Shown: positions 36,642-46,894 of the stretch, piece by piece
How positions within the stretch are numbered: position 1 is the stretch's first letter
How the letters are laid out: every line of letters starts with the position of its first letter
Assembly (NCBI GenBank): GCA_018650285.1
Contig: JABIGF010000002.1
Coordinates: 57,991-121,990, forward strand
Origin: Methanobacteriota archaeon
GTDB taxonomy: Archaea; Thermoplasmatota; Poseidoniia; Poseidoniales; Thalassarchaeaceae
Reading direction: 5' to 3'
DNA: 64,000 nucleotides
Made by a program: the position numbers and the translations under genes
Notes under the pieces: generated by a model
Databases searched by the model: none
What the model was told of the DNA's origin: nothing
The model's input: the letters and a program-made list of their open reading frames with translations, nothing else

Positions 36642-38183
36642 TCATGGATATCTCCTACCCAAAGTCATGAACGGATTGAACGGGTCTGGTGATTCACTGC
36701 TTCCACTTGTTGCTGTAGAAAGATGGAGTCCGGCTTTCTCCGCACAAGCAGCCCCAACAACTGCTGCCTCTACATCAGCATCCGAATCCCACCCATTCGG
36801 CCAATTTAATTCTATGAAATCAGTTGTCGTCGAGCCTTCAGAAAATTGCGAATGTATGATAACATCTCGCAAAAACTCCACATTTGTTGTCACACCTAGA
36901 ATGATGAATTCCTCTAATGCGCGAGCCATTCGCACAATTGCTCTCTCTCGGTCAGGTGCATGGACAATTAATTTCGCTAACATCGGGTCAAAATCAATAC
37001 TCGCAATATCGCCTTCGCGAACACCCGTGTCAAAACGAATACCAGGGCCTTCTGGTGGCCTAAATATTGCTAAAGGACCTGTTGAAGGTAGGAAACCATT
37101 TGCAGCATCTTCGGAATAAATTCTCGCTTCAATCGCCCAACCTCGTGGGAATATTTCTTCTTGAGTCATTGTCAACGGTAATCCTGAAGCTATTCGCAAT
37201 TGCTCTTGAACTAAGTCGACACCAGTTACAAGTTCAGTTACAGGATGCTCAACTTGGAGTCTTGTATTCATCTCCAAAAAGAAGAATTCATCACCCGATA
37301 ATAGAAACTCTACTGTGCCAGCACCAACATAGTTTACAGCCTTAGCAACATCAACTGCTGCTTCACCCATTCGTTGACGGAGATTATCCGAAACTGCCAA
37401 ACTTGGAGCCTCTTCAATTATTTTTTGATGCCTTCTCTGGATACTACATTCACGTTCCAATAGATGAATTGCGTCACCATGTGTATCACTCAAAATTTGT
37501 ATCTCAATATGGCGAGGGGATACAATTCTTCTCTCAATGTATACTGTATCATCTCCAAAGGCTGACTTCGCTTCACGTTGCGCTGCAAGATAAGATGCTT
37601 CCAAATCACCTGGCGATTCGACGTTTCGCATTCCTTTGCCACCACCTCCTGCTGATGCTTTGAGCAAGACAGGATATCCCACCTCACTAGCAACACGATG
37701 CAACTCTTTTACCGTTTCAGATAATGTATCCTGAGAAGATAACTCAGCACCGGGAACAAGAGGGATTCCAGCATCAATCATCAAACGGCGAGCCCTGATT
37801 TTATCACCCATTGATTCAATTGCTTTGGCTGGTGGACCTATCCAAATCACACCACTTGCTTCAACAAATTCAGCGAAATCTGCTCTTTCAGAGAGAAAAC
37901 CATAGCCGGGATGCAAGGCGTCAGCACCAGTCATCCTACATGCATTGATAATAGCGTTTTGAGAAAGATAGGTCGATGAAAGGTCACGCCCTTCTAAGTG
38001 GACGGATTCATCAGCTAATTCGACATGCATCGCACCAATGTCAGCATCATTATGAATTGCCACGGTTGCTAAACCCATCTCCTTACAGCCTCTAATGACT
38101 CTACAAGCAATTTCACCACGATTAGCAATCAACACTTTGCTAAACTTGAATGGCGCAGATGCAATCCAGTCTGGTAAAGTCAT
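36642..38183 (-). CDS. Biotin carboxylase subunit of acyl-CoA (methylcrotonyl-CoA-type) carboxylase
   Basis: 513 aa. KVLIANRGEIACRVIR, GYPVLLKASAGGGGKGMR, ERECSIQRRHQKIIEE, EMNTRLQVEHPVTE. No biotinyl domain at its C-terminus, so the alpha subunit is split. Confidence 0.9.
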   Translation of the reverse strand: MTLPDWIASAPFKFSKVLIANRGEIACRVIRGCKEMGLATVAIHNDADIGAMHVELADESVHLEGRDLSSTYLSQNAIINACRMTGADALHPGYGFLSERADFAEFVEASGVIWIGPPAKAIESMGDKIRARRLMIDAGIPLVPGAELSSQDTLSETVKELHRVASEVGYPVLLKASAGGGGKGMRNVESPGDLEASYLAAQREAKSAFGDDTVYIERRIVSPRHIEIQILSDTHGDAIHLLERECSIQRRHQKIIEEAPSLAVSDNLRQRMGEAAVDVAKAVNYVGAGTVEFLLSGDEFFFLEMNTRLQVEHPVTELVTGVDLVQEQLRIASGLPLTMTQEEIFPRGWAIEARIYSEDAANGFLPSTGPLAIFRPPEGPGIRFDTGVREGDIASIDFDPMLAKLIVHAPDRERAIVRMARALEEFIILGVTTNVEFLRDVIIHSQFSEGSTTTDFIELNWPNGWDSDADVEAAVVGAACAEKAGLHLSTATSGSSESPDPFNPFMTLGRRYP

Positions 38184-38189
38184 GCTTTC

Positions 38190-39059
38190 TCAATCCTCAT
38201 TCTTCCATGCTGCTGGCCGACGTTCAATGAACGATGAAAGCCCTTCTTGTCCTTCTTCGGAACCGCGCATCTGAGAGGTTTTGTCAAGTGTCCACTGTCG
38301 TAATTCTTCATCACTACCTTGCCATCTATCAAAGGTCAAAATCAACTTCTTTGCTTCAGAAACAGCCATCGGCCCAGTTGAAAGGACTTCAGAAACGATT
38401 CCTTGGATTGCATCGCTAAAATCATCATGAGAATCTACACACTGATCAATCATGCCAATTCGAAGAGCTTCATCTACAGCAATTCTGCTAGCCAACATAG
38501 CGAGCCTTCGAGTTTGTGCGCTACCCAATCTACGGTAAACATACGGCCCAATTACAGCGGGTAAAATTCCAAGTTTTCCTTCTGATAATGCAATTCTAGT
38601 CTTTTCTTCACCAATTACATGGTCTAAACAAGCAACCAATCCTGCGCCACCACCAAGAGCAACTCCTTGAACTGCTCCAATAGTAAAACAGGGATGTGAC
38701 CACAATGTGTTGAAAAGGCGGTCAAGTCGTGCTGCATCGGCCCGATTTTGTTCTGCTGTTTGAGCCCCTGATGCTTGCATCCAACCAATATCTGCTCCGG
38801 CGCAGAAATGTTTACCCGCACCACGCATCACTATTACACGAAGATATGGAGCACCGTTTCCATCGTTTAATTCTCCGCGCTCGCCTACTGAACGCTCAGT
38901 ACACCAATCAAGCAAATCACATAACTCACCAATGAGTTCTGGACTCAAAGCATTGAACACATCTTCTCGTTGCAAAGTGAGGTAAGCAATTGGCCCTTCA
39001 ATTGAAAGGGAACATAAGCCTGTTTCAGGCAATAATTCTTCAATTGAAAATTTAATCAT
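38190..39059 (-). CDS. Enoyl-CoA hydratase family, probable methylglutaconyl-CoA hydratase
   Basis: Crotonase motifs FCAGADI, GVALGGGAGLVACLDHVI, KLGILPAVIGPYV. Start chosen at the ATG (39059) preceded by AGGAG, 8 nt after the TGA of the upstream gene. The longest ORF extends to 39116. Confidence 0.8.
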   Translation of the reverse strand: MIKFSIEELLPETGLCSLSIEGPIAYLTLQREDVFNALSPELIGELCDLLDWCTERSVGERGELNDGNGAPYLRVIVMRGAGKHFCAGADIGWMQASGAQTAEQNRADAARLDRLFNTLWSHPCFTIGAVQGVALGGGAGLVACLDHVIGEEKTRIALSEGKLGILPAVIGPYVYRRLGSAQTRRLAMLASRIAVDEALRIGMIDQCVDSHDDFSDAIQGIVSEVLSTGPMAVSEAKKLILTFDRWQGSDEELRQWTLDKTSQMRGSEEGQEGLSSFIERRPAAWKNED

Positions 39060-39072
39060 TGCAATTGCTCCT

Positions 39073-40707
39073 TCACATTCTGAAAACGCCATAATCTGTA
39101 TCGGGGAATGGACCATTCAACGCTGCAGAAATACTCAATCCAAGTATGTCACGAGTATCTCTTGGATCAATTATTCCATCATCCCACAATCGGGCAGTAG
39201 CATAGTAAGGTGAACCTTCAAATTCATACTTATCAAGAATTGGCCTTTGGAAATCCTCCAACTCATCCCCCTCCATATCGGGTTTACCTTCTCTTGCTCT
39301 CTGGTCCTGCTTCACCGTCGTCAATACACTCGACGCTTGAGGGCCACCCATGACTGAAATCCTTGAATTGGGCCACATGAAAAGGAAACGAGGGTCATAT
39401 CCTCGTCCACACATCGCATAATTCCCTGCGCCATGGGAGCCGCCAATAATTACTGTAAACTTGGGCACTGGAGCGCAAGCGACTGCTGTCACCATTTTCG
39501 CGCCATCTTTGGCAATACCGCCTGCTTCGTATTCACTTCCAACCATGAAACCAGTAATATTCTGTAAGAAGACAATTGGGGTTCCACGTTGACCACATAA
39601 TTCTATGAAATGTGCCGCTTTGAGAGCAGATTCGGAAAATAATATTCCATTATTTGCTACAATTCCAACCGGATACCCATGAATCCTTGCAAAACCACAG
39701 ACAATAGTTGTACCATAACGAGCTTTGAATTCATGGAATCTAGAACCATCGACGATACGAGATATTACTTCCCTTACATCGTAAGGCATTCGATTATCTT
39801 CAGGAATTATTCCCAACAACTCTTCTGGGTCATGATGTGGTGGTTCTGGAGTAGATACATCCAATCCAACTTTGTATGGAGGTGGGAGGTTCTCCACAAT
39901 ATTACGGACTATCCTCAATGCTTCGGATTCATCTTCTGCATAATGATCTGCAACACCAGATTTCAGAGTATGAACATCCGCACCACCCAACTCTTCTGCT
40001 GTGACCTCTTCACCTGTTGCAGCTTTGACAAGTGGCGGACCACCAAGGAAGATTGTCCCATTACCCTTGACAATGATAGATTCATCACTCATAGCAGGAA
40101 CATAGGCGCCACCAGCCGTACAAGAGCCTAGAACTGCGGAAATCTGCGGGATTCCTTTTCCACTCATTATTGCTTGATTGTAAAAAATTCTTCCAAAATG
40201 GCCACGGTCAGGGAAAACATCATCCTGCATTGGCAAGAATGCCCCGCCTGAATCAACTAGGTAAATGCAAGGAAGAGCGTTCTCTTCGGCTATACTTTGG
40301 GCTCGGATGTGTTTTTTGACGGTGAGTGGATAATATGAGCCACCTTTGATGGTTGCATCGTTTGCTACAAACATGCATTCTCGCCCGTGAACCATGCCAA
40401 CCCCCGTTATCACTCCGGCACTGTGAGCGTTGCCATCATAGAGGCCGTTAGCCGCTAAAGGACTTAATTCAAGAAAGGCCGTACCTGGGTCACAAATTGC
40501 TGCAATTCGCTCTCTCGCTAACATCTTGTTGCGGCTTCTATGGCGTTCGACATATTTGCCACCACCACCCTCTTGAACTGCGTTCAACCGGCCTTCTAAA
40601 GTTGCAATCAGAACACGATTGTGTTCCAAATTTACACCATACTGTTCATCGCCAGTTCGCACTGAAGTAGGCAGTCTATCCATGTCGACCCATAGGGTCG
40701 AACTCAA
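39073..40707 (-). CDS. Carboxyltransferase (beta) subunit, methylcrotonyl-CoA carboxylase type
   Basis: 544 aa. [95 protein letters not shown]. Close in pattern to MCC-beta as I remember it. Confidence 0.85.
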   Translation of the reverse strand: MSSTLWVDMDRLPTSVRTGDEQYGVNLEHNRVLIATLEGRLNAVQEGGGGKYVERHRSRNKMLARERIAAICDPGTAFLELSPLAANGLYDGNAHSAGVITGVGMVHGRECMFVANDATIKGGSYYPLTVKKHIRAQSIAEENALPCIYLVDSGGAFLPMQDDVFPDRGHFGRIFYNQAIMSGKGIPQISAVLGSCTAGGAYVPAMSDESIIVKGNGTIFLGGPPLVKAATGEEVTAEELGGADVHTLKSGVADHYAEDESEALRIVRNIVENLPPPYKVGLDVSTPEPPHHDPEELLGIIPEDNRMPYDVREVISRIVDGSRFHEFKARYGTTIVCGFARIHGYPVGIVANNGILFSESALKAAHFIELCGQRGTPIVFLQNITGFMVGSEYEAGGIAKDGAKMVTAVACAPVPKFTVIIGGSHGAGNYAMCGRGYDPRFLFMWPNSRISVMGGPQASSVLTTVKQDQRAREGKPDMEGDELEDFQRPILDKYEFEGSPYYATARLWDDGIIDPRDTRDILGLSISAALNGPFPDTDYGVFRM

Positions 40708-40730
40708 ACAGGTGTTTGAACGGTGCGGCG

Positions 40731-42083
40731 TCAGACACCCAACATAAGCCGTCCTAGGTCCCTAAGACCAGGTGCGAGACCTACTGTCAATAAACCTAGA
40801 ACAATCAACAAACGGAGGTGTAATTGGCGTTTTTCGAATCGCCATTCGGCAAAAAATAAGACGACCACAAAAGCAAGTATGCACTTGACAAGCAAAAATG
40901 CCCAGCCACCACCAGAACCGCCATCTGTGCCGCCCCCAAGTTGCATCACTAATTCTGATAATACATGTTTTTCTGAGTAGCCAAAAATATCAACTCCCAT
41001 CCATGATGCAAAACCATCAACGAGTTGCCCATAAACTGCCAAGAGTACTATTGGATTTGCGTAAGCGGCACGCCTGACTAAGACTTCGTGTGCCTCATGC
41101 TCTTCACCCTCAAAGGCTTCCCACTGACTGAGTGTCACTCCATCTTGAAGAATACCTGGAATCTCACCTTGTCCGGTTAGTGTCTCCCACGCAGATAGGC
41201 CACGATGCCTAAATGTTTGAACAAATAAAATTGGAACAAAGAGAACTATGAGTGCTGGCCACAGAATTAATTCTCCAGCAGCTTGGCGTTCACTTGCAAA
41301 TCCAAGAAGACTTGTTAGCGCCAATACAGATGAACCGCTTCCAGTAATAAAAATGGTTTTTTCCAATTGCCCCCAACTCTTGAAGCAATTATGAAAAACA
41401 GTATTTTCGGCTTCAAAGAGATACCAGAAAAGGGGAGTAGAAACGATAAATATAACAATTATTTCAACTGCACTGAAATCATAGAACAATACTATTTGTG
41501 CAATGATTACGATTATGGCAGGATAGTATCGAATTAATCCAGGTTGTTCAGCCATCGGATCAGAACGTTTCTGCATCAAAGAAAGGAAACCAACAAGCAA
41601 TATCCAGCCTGCAGCTTGGAAATGAATTATTGGTGAAACAAACCATGAATCCACGTTTGCAGCAAAGAGAGCAGCATCTTCGTGAACTTCTACAAACACT
41701 GCCCAAAGAACCCAAGGGAGAAGGGAGTAGAGCATACGGTCATCACTCGGCACACCCCATTTTCGCAGCATTGCAGAGAGTGTTACGATGAATGATACAA
41801 GAAGAACCCCATAAGCCACAGTATCAACTGGATTGTAACTTGAATCCCCACCACCTTCACCAATAATTGGTTGAACAATATTTACGTCAATAATATCCCA
41901 AATAGCCCAATAGTCAGTAAAATGTCCAAGAAGATAACCCACACCAGGTAATGCCAAACCTAGGCCAATAATCACCATTGATATTAATTCGTAAAGAGCG
42001 AATTCATTGTCAGGTATTGGTAAAGTGGGTTCTACATCTGCCACTTCATCAGAGGACTCTGTCTCCTCTTTGTCAAGACTCAT
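40731..42083 (-). CDS. Polytopic membrane protein, unknown function
   Basis: 450 aa, acidic N-terminus, about 10 hydrophobic segments. No motif I can assign. Confidence 0.5.
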   Translation of the reverse strand: MSLDKEETESSDEVADVEPTLPIPDNEFALYELISMVIIGLGLALPGVGYLLGHFTDYWAIWDIIDVNIVQPIIGEGGGDSSYNPVDTVAYGVLLVSFIVTLSAMLRKWGVPSDDRMLYSLLPWVLWAVFVEVHEDAALFAANVDSWFVSPIIHFQAAGWILLVGFLSLMQKRSDPMAEQPGLIRYYPAIIVIIAQIVLFYDFSAVEIIVIFIVSTPLFWYLFEAENTVFHNCFKSWGQLEKTIFITGSGSSVLALTSLLGFASERQAAGELILWPALIVLFVPILFVQTFRHRGLSAWETLTGQGEIPGILQDGVTLSQWEAFEGEEHEAHEVLVRRAAYANPIVLLAVYGQLVDGFASWMGVDIFGYSEKHVLSELVMQLGGGTDGGSGGGWAFLLVKCILAFVVVLFFAEWRFEKRQLHLRLLIVLGLLTVGLAPGLRDLGRLMLGV

Positions 42084-42138
42084 TGTATCGCCGACAAGGT
42101 ACTCACGAATGAGGTTTCACCAATTTGAATGGGAGGAA

Positions 42139-42897
42139 TCACTCTTCTTCATCGTGGTCGTGGTCGCAATTCTCATCGTGGACGTGCTCTTCCTCTTCTT
42201 CAGCACCGGCCTCACGGAATTGATGAACATCACGGAAAGTAATTGTCTTAGCACCAACACTGTCTCTAAGTGAACGGATTAGTTGGAACTTTGCCATACC
42301 CCATGATTGGTCATATCCAAGGAACTCAGGAATAGTAATTGAAACGTCATCACCATCAAACTCAACTTCGAAATCATCTGAGCCTGTTGTCATCTTGAGT
42401 AGCGTCATTACCATCTCTGACTTTTCTTCAATAACCTTAGTGATGCGGTAATTGTAACGGAGAGTCTTTCCAGCCAATTCGTGATTGAAGTCAATGCGGG
42501 CACGGCCTGCACGGAACATCACAAGAGTGCCTTTTCGGCCACCGATTTCAACTGGACCACCAACTTGTAGATTTTCAGGGTCACGAACTTGACGTGCGAG
42601 TTGCTGCGGGCCGAGCATCTCAACAGCGTTTGGATCACGCTCACCGTATCCTTTCTCTGCTGATATTTCAATATCGTAATCGGTTTCAGCTTCTGCTTCT
42701 GCCAAACTTTCTTCAAAGCCAGGAATCAAACGACCTCCGCCAATTGTCACACAAAGTGGTTCGTAATTTCGTGTTTCGTCATGCATGTCATTCGACTTTG
42801 CAGTCTTCTCACGAGTAGTCTCAATCAAGTTGCCAGATTCAGCCTCAAAGAGGTCGTAGTCAATATAGACAATTGTGCCTTCATCCATGAATATCAC
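42139..42897 (-). CDS. FKBP-type peptidyl-prolyl cis-trans isomerase (archaeal long SlyD/FKBP26-like) with His/Asp/Glu-rich tail
   Basis: 252 aa, with the ATG at 42888 the likely start (MDEGTIVYIDYDL). FKBP core with an IF-flap-like insert. C-terminal tail EEEEEHVHDENCDHDHDEEE. Confidence 0.8.
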   Translation of the reverse strand: MIFMDEGTIVYIDYDLFEAESGNLIETTREKTAKSNDMHDETRNYEPLCVTIGGGRLIPGFEESLAEAEAETDYDIEISAEKGYGERDPNAVEMLGPQQLARQVRDPENLQVGGPVEIGGRKGTLVMFRAGRARIDFNHELAGKTLRYNYRITKVIEEKSEMVMTLLKMTTGSDDFEVEFDGDDVSITIPEFLGYDQSWGMAKFQLIRSLRDSVGAKTITFRDVHQFREAGAEEEEEHVHDENCDHDHDEEE

Positions 42898-42901
42898 TCA
42901 A

Positions 42902-42916
42902 CGCCCCTATGGGGCG
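42902..42916 (-). promoter_or_regulatory. GC-rich hairpin CGCCCC-TAT-GGGGCG, 13 nt upstream of the FKBP ATG
   Basis: Read directly. 6 bp all-GC stem in the 88 nt gap between the ccmF stop (42986) and the FKBP start. Confidence 0.3.
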
Positions 42917-42985
42917 AGCCGCCGACCGACTCCCCCTTTATGAGTGAGACGGTGAATAATTGGGTGATTTTCATACCGTTTTCCC

Positions 42986-45511
42986 TTATTCACGGCCGAG
43001 AAAAGAGATTATTGCAATTCCTAAACTAGATGCAATAATGGATAGCCAACCAAGCCAAACTAGATGGCTACCGGGTAGATGATACACTGTTAAACGAACT
43101 CTATCCAAATCTGAATCTAAAGGTGAGGTCATGATATCTGAAGCATTACCTAGCGCTTGAGTCTGTGACCAATCAAAAATAAATATTGTATCGCCACTCA
43201 GTGAAGAATACCTGTCAACCTCACTTCTAGGGAAACTGTTGGAAGCATCAAATCTCAACATCCCTGGATTCACAATATCAAGCAGATTACCATCTACATC
43301 TCTAATTTCAATTACTGCACCAAGATATCCATCGCCAACAGAGAAACGACTAGTAAATTCAGAATCATCGGGATTCATTATTTCCCATTCTGTGAAGGTC
43401 AATTGCATGCCCTCATGAGTCACAGTATCTCCTTGTACCAACATCACTTGATGGCTTGAATCATTTCTATCAACCAATGTTGTTGTGAAAATATGGCCGA
43501 CTAGTAACAATAAGATCCCTAAATGAGCAGCATGGGCCAATGTACTGCGCATCTTTGTTGATGAATAACTCGCCTTTGTTCGATTGGTTAATCCATACAC
43601 TAAACGGAATAGTGAAGGAATTGCTGCGATTAACATTGGTAGCAGCAACCAAGCAACAGCACCCCTGTTGAAAACATCACTAAATTGACTAGCGCTATCA
43701 CCCGGCAACGGAATATCAAGAACGATGCCAAGACTAATGCCTAACCCGAAAAATCCTAGCAACAACAAAGGAATTTTCTTTTCGGAAACAGAATCTTTCC
43801 AAGCATAAGTTGCTAATGCCGCTCCAACAAGGAAAATTAACGGGCTACCAAACATTTCGTGCATTGCTAATGAAGTCCCATCTACACTTGCAATCATCAA
43901 CATCCAAGTTAGAGATAGGAATGTTCCACCAATAACTAAAGGAGTGTAGAGAGCTAAACGCAATTGTGTTTTTCGAGTAAATAACTCCGAAACACGCTCC
44001 ATCAAAGTTTGCTCTTCGTCATCTTCAACATCTTGGACAAGTATTGGCCATATGAAAATTAGAAGGCCCGTTGCAGCAACATAAATATCTATCAAATATG
44101 CATATACTGATGTCAAAATTATGATTACTGCGGCAACCGTCCAAACGGTATCAGAATCTTTCTGAGAACTTGCTTTCAATAACATTAACAGAATTAGCAA
44201 TACGGCAATAACTGCTTCATCAATAAAAATGGCAAGAATAATTGTTGCTGCCATTGAAATCGCCACACCATTACTGGCGAACAATTTGCTCCCCGCTGGA
44301 TTCGGTGGCAACATCATTGCCAACAAAGATGCTGAAGCAAATACCAATAATATAACAAATGGCAATTGTTCTATGAGACTAACTTGCGCCCCAAACATAT
44401 CAACTGTCACAAGATGAGAAAGTGGTAACATTAGAATAAACCAGAGAGAATACTGGCTTACTCGCCTCAAATATGAGACGCCGTCAAGAGAGGCTTGGCG
44501 GCTAACCATGAATGAAATGGTGATTGCCAAAAGCACCACTAATGAAAGAAGATAGGTTAGAACCTCTGTACCAGCCATGCCGCTTCCTTGCAATTCAATG
44601 AGACGCAATATCGCCGAATCGCTTTGCGCCCCTACATCATCACCCACAAAGGCGTGTACTGATGCCCAAACGCCATTGGCCCTCGTAACCATTGTAGCAT
44701 GGATTGAAAACCACCCTGGAAGAATTGCAAGAGGAAGAGCAAAGCGACTTGCATCTCCATTCGGAGTCACCCTCAAGTGAAGCAATAGTAGTAAACAAAG
44801 CCACGGTAATAACGAGGCTGTTTCAACAGGGTCCCAAGCCCAATATCCGCCCCAATCAAGAACGGTATAAGCCCACAAGCCACCTAGCCCAATACCAATT
44901 GTGCCCACCACAAAACTAGCTCTTGCTGCAGGGGTTACTATTTTTTGAATGGAAGAATAATCGGCATCATTTCGATTAATAATCACGGCTAATGCTTGTA
45001 ACATTACAACCATACAAAGCGAATAGAATAGATAGACTAGTGGTGGATGTAGAACCATTAAATCAGTCTGTAATAGTGGATTTAACTCACCGCGCCAACT
45101 GCTTTGTGCAAGCCGAAATGGTCGCATCATTAGAGATAGAAGATGGATAGAAAGTACGGCCCCGTTGACTAATTTTCGATAGAGATGAGAGACCCCATCA
45201 TTCCCCTTTAATTGGTAAACATGAGCAGATAAAGCAAGTAATCCGGCCCAAAGGAGGGTAGGTCCTTCTCTTCCAGCCCAAACAGCACTGACACGATAGA
45301 GAAATGGCATCTCAGCGCCACCGTATAATCTAACTAAATCATAACTTGTTGAATCGCTAATAAATAGCCATGTTAGTGTGAAAAATGGAAGTATTTGAAG
45401 GGTTACTAGCCCTCTTGGAAGCCACTTTTTCATGTCGCTAGACAAGTCTTGCCATCTAATCGTCAATCCTGCTAGTGAAGCGGCGATGGCTAGCCAAAGT
45501 ACCCACTGCAT
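42986..45511 (-). CDS. ccmF: Cytochrome c-type biogenesis protein CcmF-like (heme lyase, WWD family)
   Basis: 841 aa, polytopic. WWD motif LDWGGYWAWDPVETASLLPWL. A C-terminal periplasmic-like domain and a final TM that resemble the CcmF C-terminal region. Confidence 0.75.
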   Translation of the reverse strand: MQWVLWLAIAASLAGLTIRWQDLSSDMKKWLPRGLVTLQILPFFTLTWLFISDSTSYDLVRLYGGAEMPFLYRVSAVWAGREGPTLLWAGLLALSAHVYQLKGNDGVSHLYRKLVNGAVLSIHLLSLMMRPFRLAQSSWRGELNPLLQTDLMVLHPPLVYLFYSLCMVVMLQALAVIINRNDADYSSIQKIVTPAARASFVVGTIGIGLGGLWAYTVLDWGGYWAWDPVETASLLPWLCLLLLLHLRVTPNGDASRFALPLAILPGWFSIHATMVTRANGVWASVHAFVGDDVGAQSDSAILRLIELQGSGMAGTEVLTYLLSLVVLLAITISFMVSRQASLDGVSYLRRVSQYSLWFILMLPLSHLVTVDMFGAQVSLIEQLPFVILLVFASASLLAMMLPPNPAGSKLFASNGVAISMAATIILAIFIDEAVIAVLLILLMLLKASSQKDSDTVWTVAAVIIILTSVYAYLIDIYVAATGLLIFIWPILVQDVEDDEEQTLMERVSELFTRKTQLRLALYTPLVIGGTFLSLTWMLMIASVDGTSLAMHEMFGSPLIFLVGAALATYAWKDSVSEKKIPLLLLGFFGLGISLGIVLDIPLPGDSASQFSDVFNRGAVAWLLLPMLIAAIPSLFRLVYGLTNRTKASYSSTKMRSTLAHAAHLGILLLLVGHIFTTTLVDRNDSSHQVMLVQGDTVTHEGMQLTFTEWEIMNPDDSEFTSRFSVGDGYLGAVIEIRDVDGNLLDIVNPGMLRFDASNSFPRSEVDRYSSLSGDTIFIFDWSQTQALGNASDIMTSPLDSDLDRVRLTVYHLPGSHLVWLGWLSIIASSLGIAIISFLGRE

Positions 45512-45559
45512 GAATCAGCCGAAACGCCATCAACGGATGGCAGTTTCGCAAACAACATT

Positions 45560-46795
45560 TCACCAACCGTAATGTTTGGCACGACTATAACCAAATGCGA
45601 GCATTGCTGGAATGATTTTCTTGAAATAGAGGCTCGGACGTTTAAACAGGAGACGAATACCCACCATCGCTTTGCCAGTGACGCCCATTGCTGACATCTC
45701 TTCGGGGAAACATTTCCCCATTACCGACATATCTTTGTCACTCAGAGAGTAAAGCGCTGTCTTACCTTTGAGAATTTTTTCATAAGGTGGGAACTCTGCT
45801 TTCCACATTGCTGGATAATCTGCTAATTTTGCCGCCGAAATATCTCCAGTGGCAACCGCATCGGCTGCAACCATGGCTGCAAACGATGCGGACTTCAAGG
45901 CTAGATGTGAGCCTCCTTCAAACAATGGTGAAGTAAAACCCGCAGCGTCACCCACCAACATTATTCCATCAGTATGAGTTACAGAATGAGGACCAGAAAT
46001 TGGAATTGTCCCTCCAAAACCTCGAAGTTTAGTACCCTCTTCACGCCATGGAGGATTTTGTTTTTCTAACCCTTTGAATTGTGTATCTTCAATGAAACGA
46101 TCTAAGGATTTCACTGCCCCTTTTTTGTCTTCCGTGACAAGGCCAATGTTTGCCCTACCATCTGATTTTGGAATCATCCAAAGGTACCCTTTTGTTGCAT
46201 AACTTGGCCAAATATAGAAATCAAGATACCCATCATTTGGTACATTAGCAACCTCAAACTGCATTCCTGCAATCACTTTTGGACGGGGATTTAAATCAAG
46301 TAGTTTTGAACAGATACCGCCCACCCCAGAAGCATCTATCACAATTTTTGCACGTATTGGAAATTGGGCCCCATTTCCTTGGCAAAGCCAACCTTTGAAC
46401 TGACCATTTTCTTCAATTCTATCAAGGGCTGTTAATTTGTGTGAAAGGTGTAACTGTGCACCTGCTGATACCGCTTCATCAGCAAGCCACTGTTCAAACA
46501 AATGTTTCTCTAATACATATCCTGGTTCACTCAATTTCTTAGGTGTGCCATCTGGAAACAATACCCTAATTCCATTTACATGACGAGAAATAACATGATT
46601 TGGAAGTTCAAGTTGTAAATTGTCAACTGCAACTTGAGATATGCATTCACCACAATGAACTGGCGTACCAATTTCAGCATGGTCTTCTATGAGCATGACA
46701 TTTAGGCCGTTACGCGCGCTGTGCAAAGCAGCCGAACCACCACCCGGCCCAGCCCCAATAACAAGAACGTCACACTCAGTCACGCCTTCCGCCAT
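45560..46795 (-). CDS. Geranylgeranyl reductase family flavoprotein (digeranylgeranylglycerophospholipid reductase-like)
   Basis: 411 aa. FAD dinucleotide motif DVLVIGAGPGGGSAA, PVHCGECIS, VGDAAGFTSPLFEGG. Confidence 0.85.
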   Translation of the reverse strand: MAEGVTECDVLVIGAGPGGGSAALHSARNGLNVMLIEDHAEIGTPVHCGECISQVAVDNLQLELPNHVISRHVNGIRVLFPDGTPKKLSEPGYVLEKHLFEQWLADEAVSAGAQLHLSHKLTALDRIEENGQFKGWLCQGNGAQFPIRAKIVIDASGVGGICSKLLDLNPRPKVIAGMQFEVANVPNDGYLDFYIWPSYATKGYLWMIPKSDGRANIGLVTEDKKGAVKSLDRFIEDTQFKGLEKQNPPWREEGTKLRGFGGTIPISGPHSVTHTDGIMLVGDAAGFTSPLFEGGSHLALKSASFAAMVAADAVATGDISAAKLADYPAMWKAEFPPYEKILKGKTALYSLSDKDMSVMGKCFPEEMSAMGVTGKAMVGIRLLFKRPSLYFKKIIPAMLAFGYSRAKHYGW

Positions 46796-46894
46796 GAATT
46801 GTGATGAGGGAAGTCACTTCATGAACAACACGGTCATTGATGTTAATACAAAGACAAAAAATTTGATTGATTGAACACCCTTGATGTTTCATAG

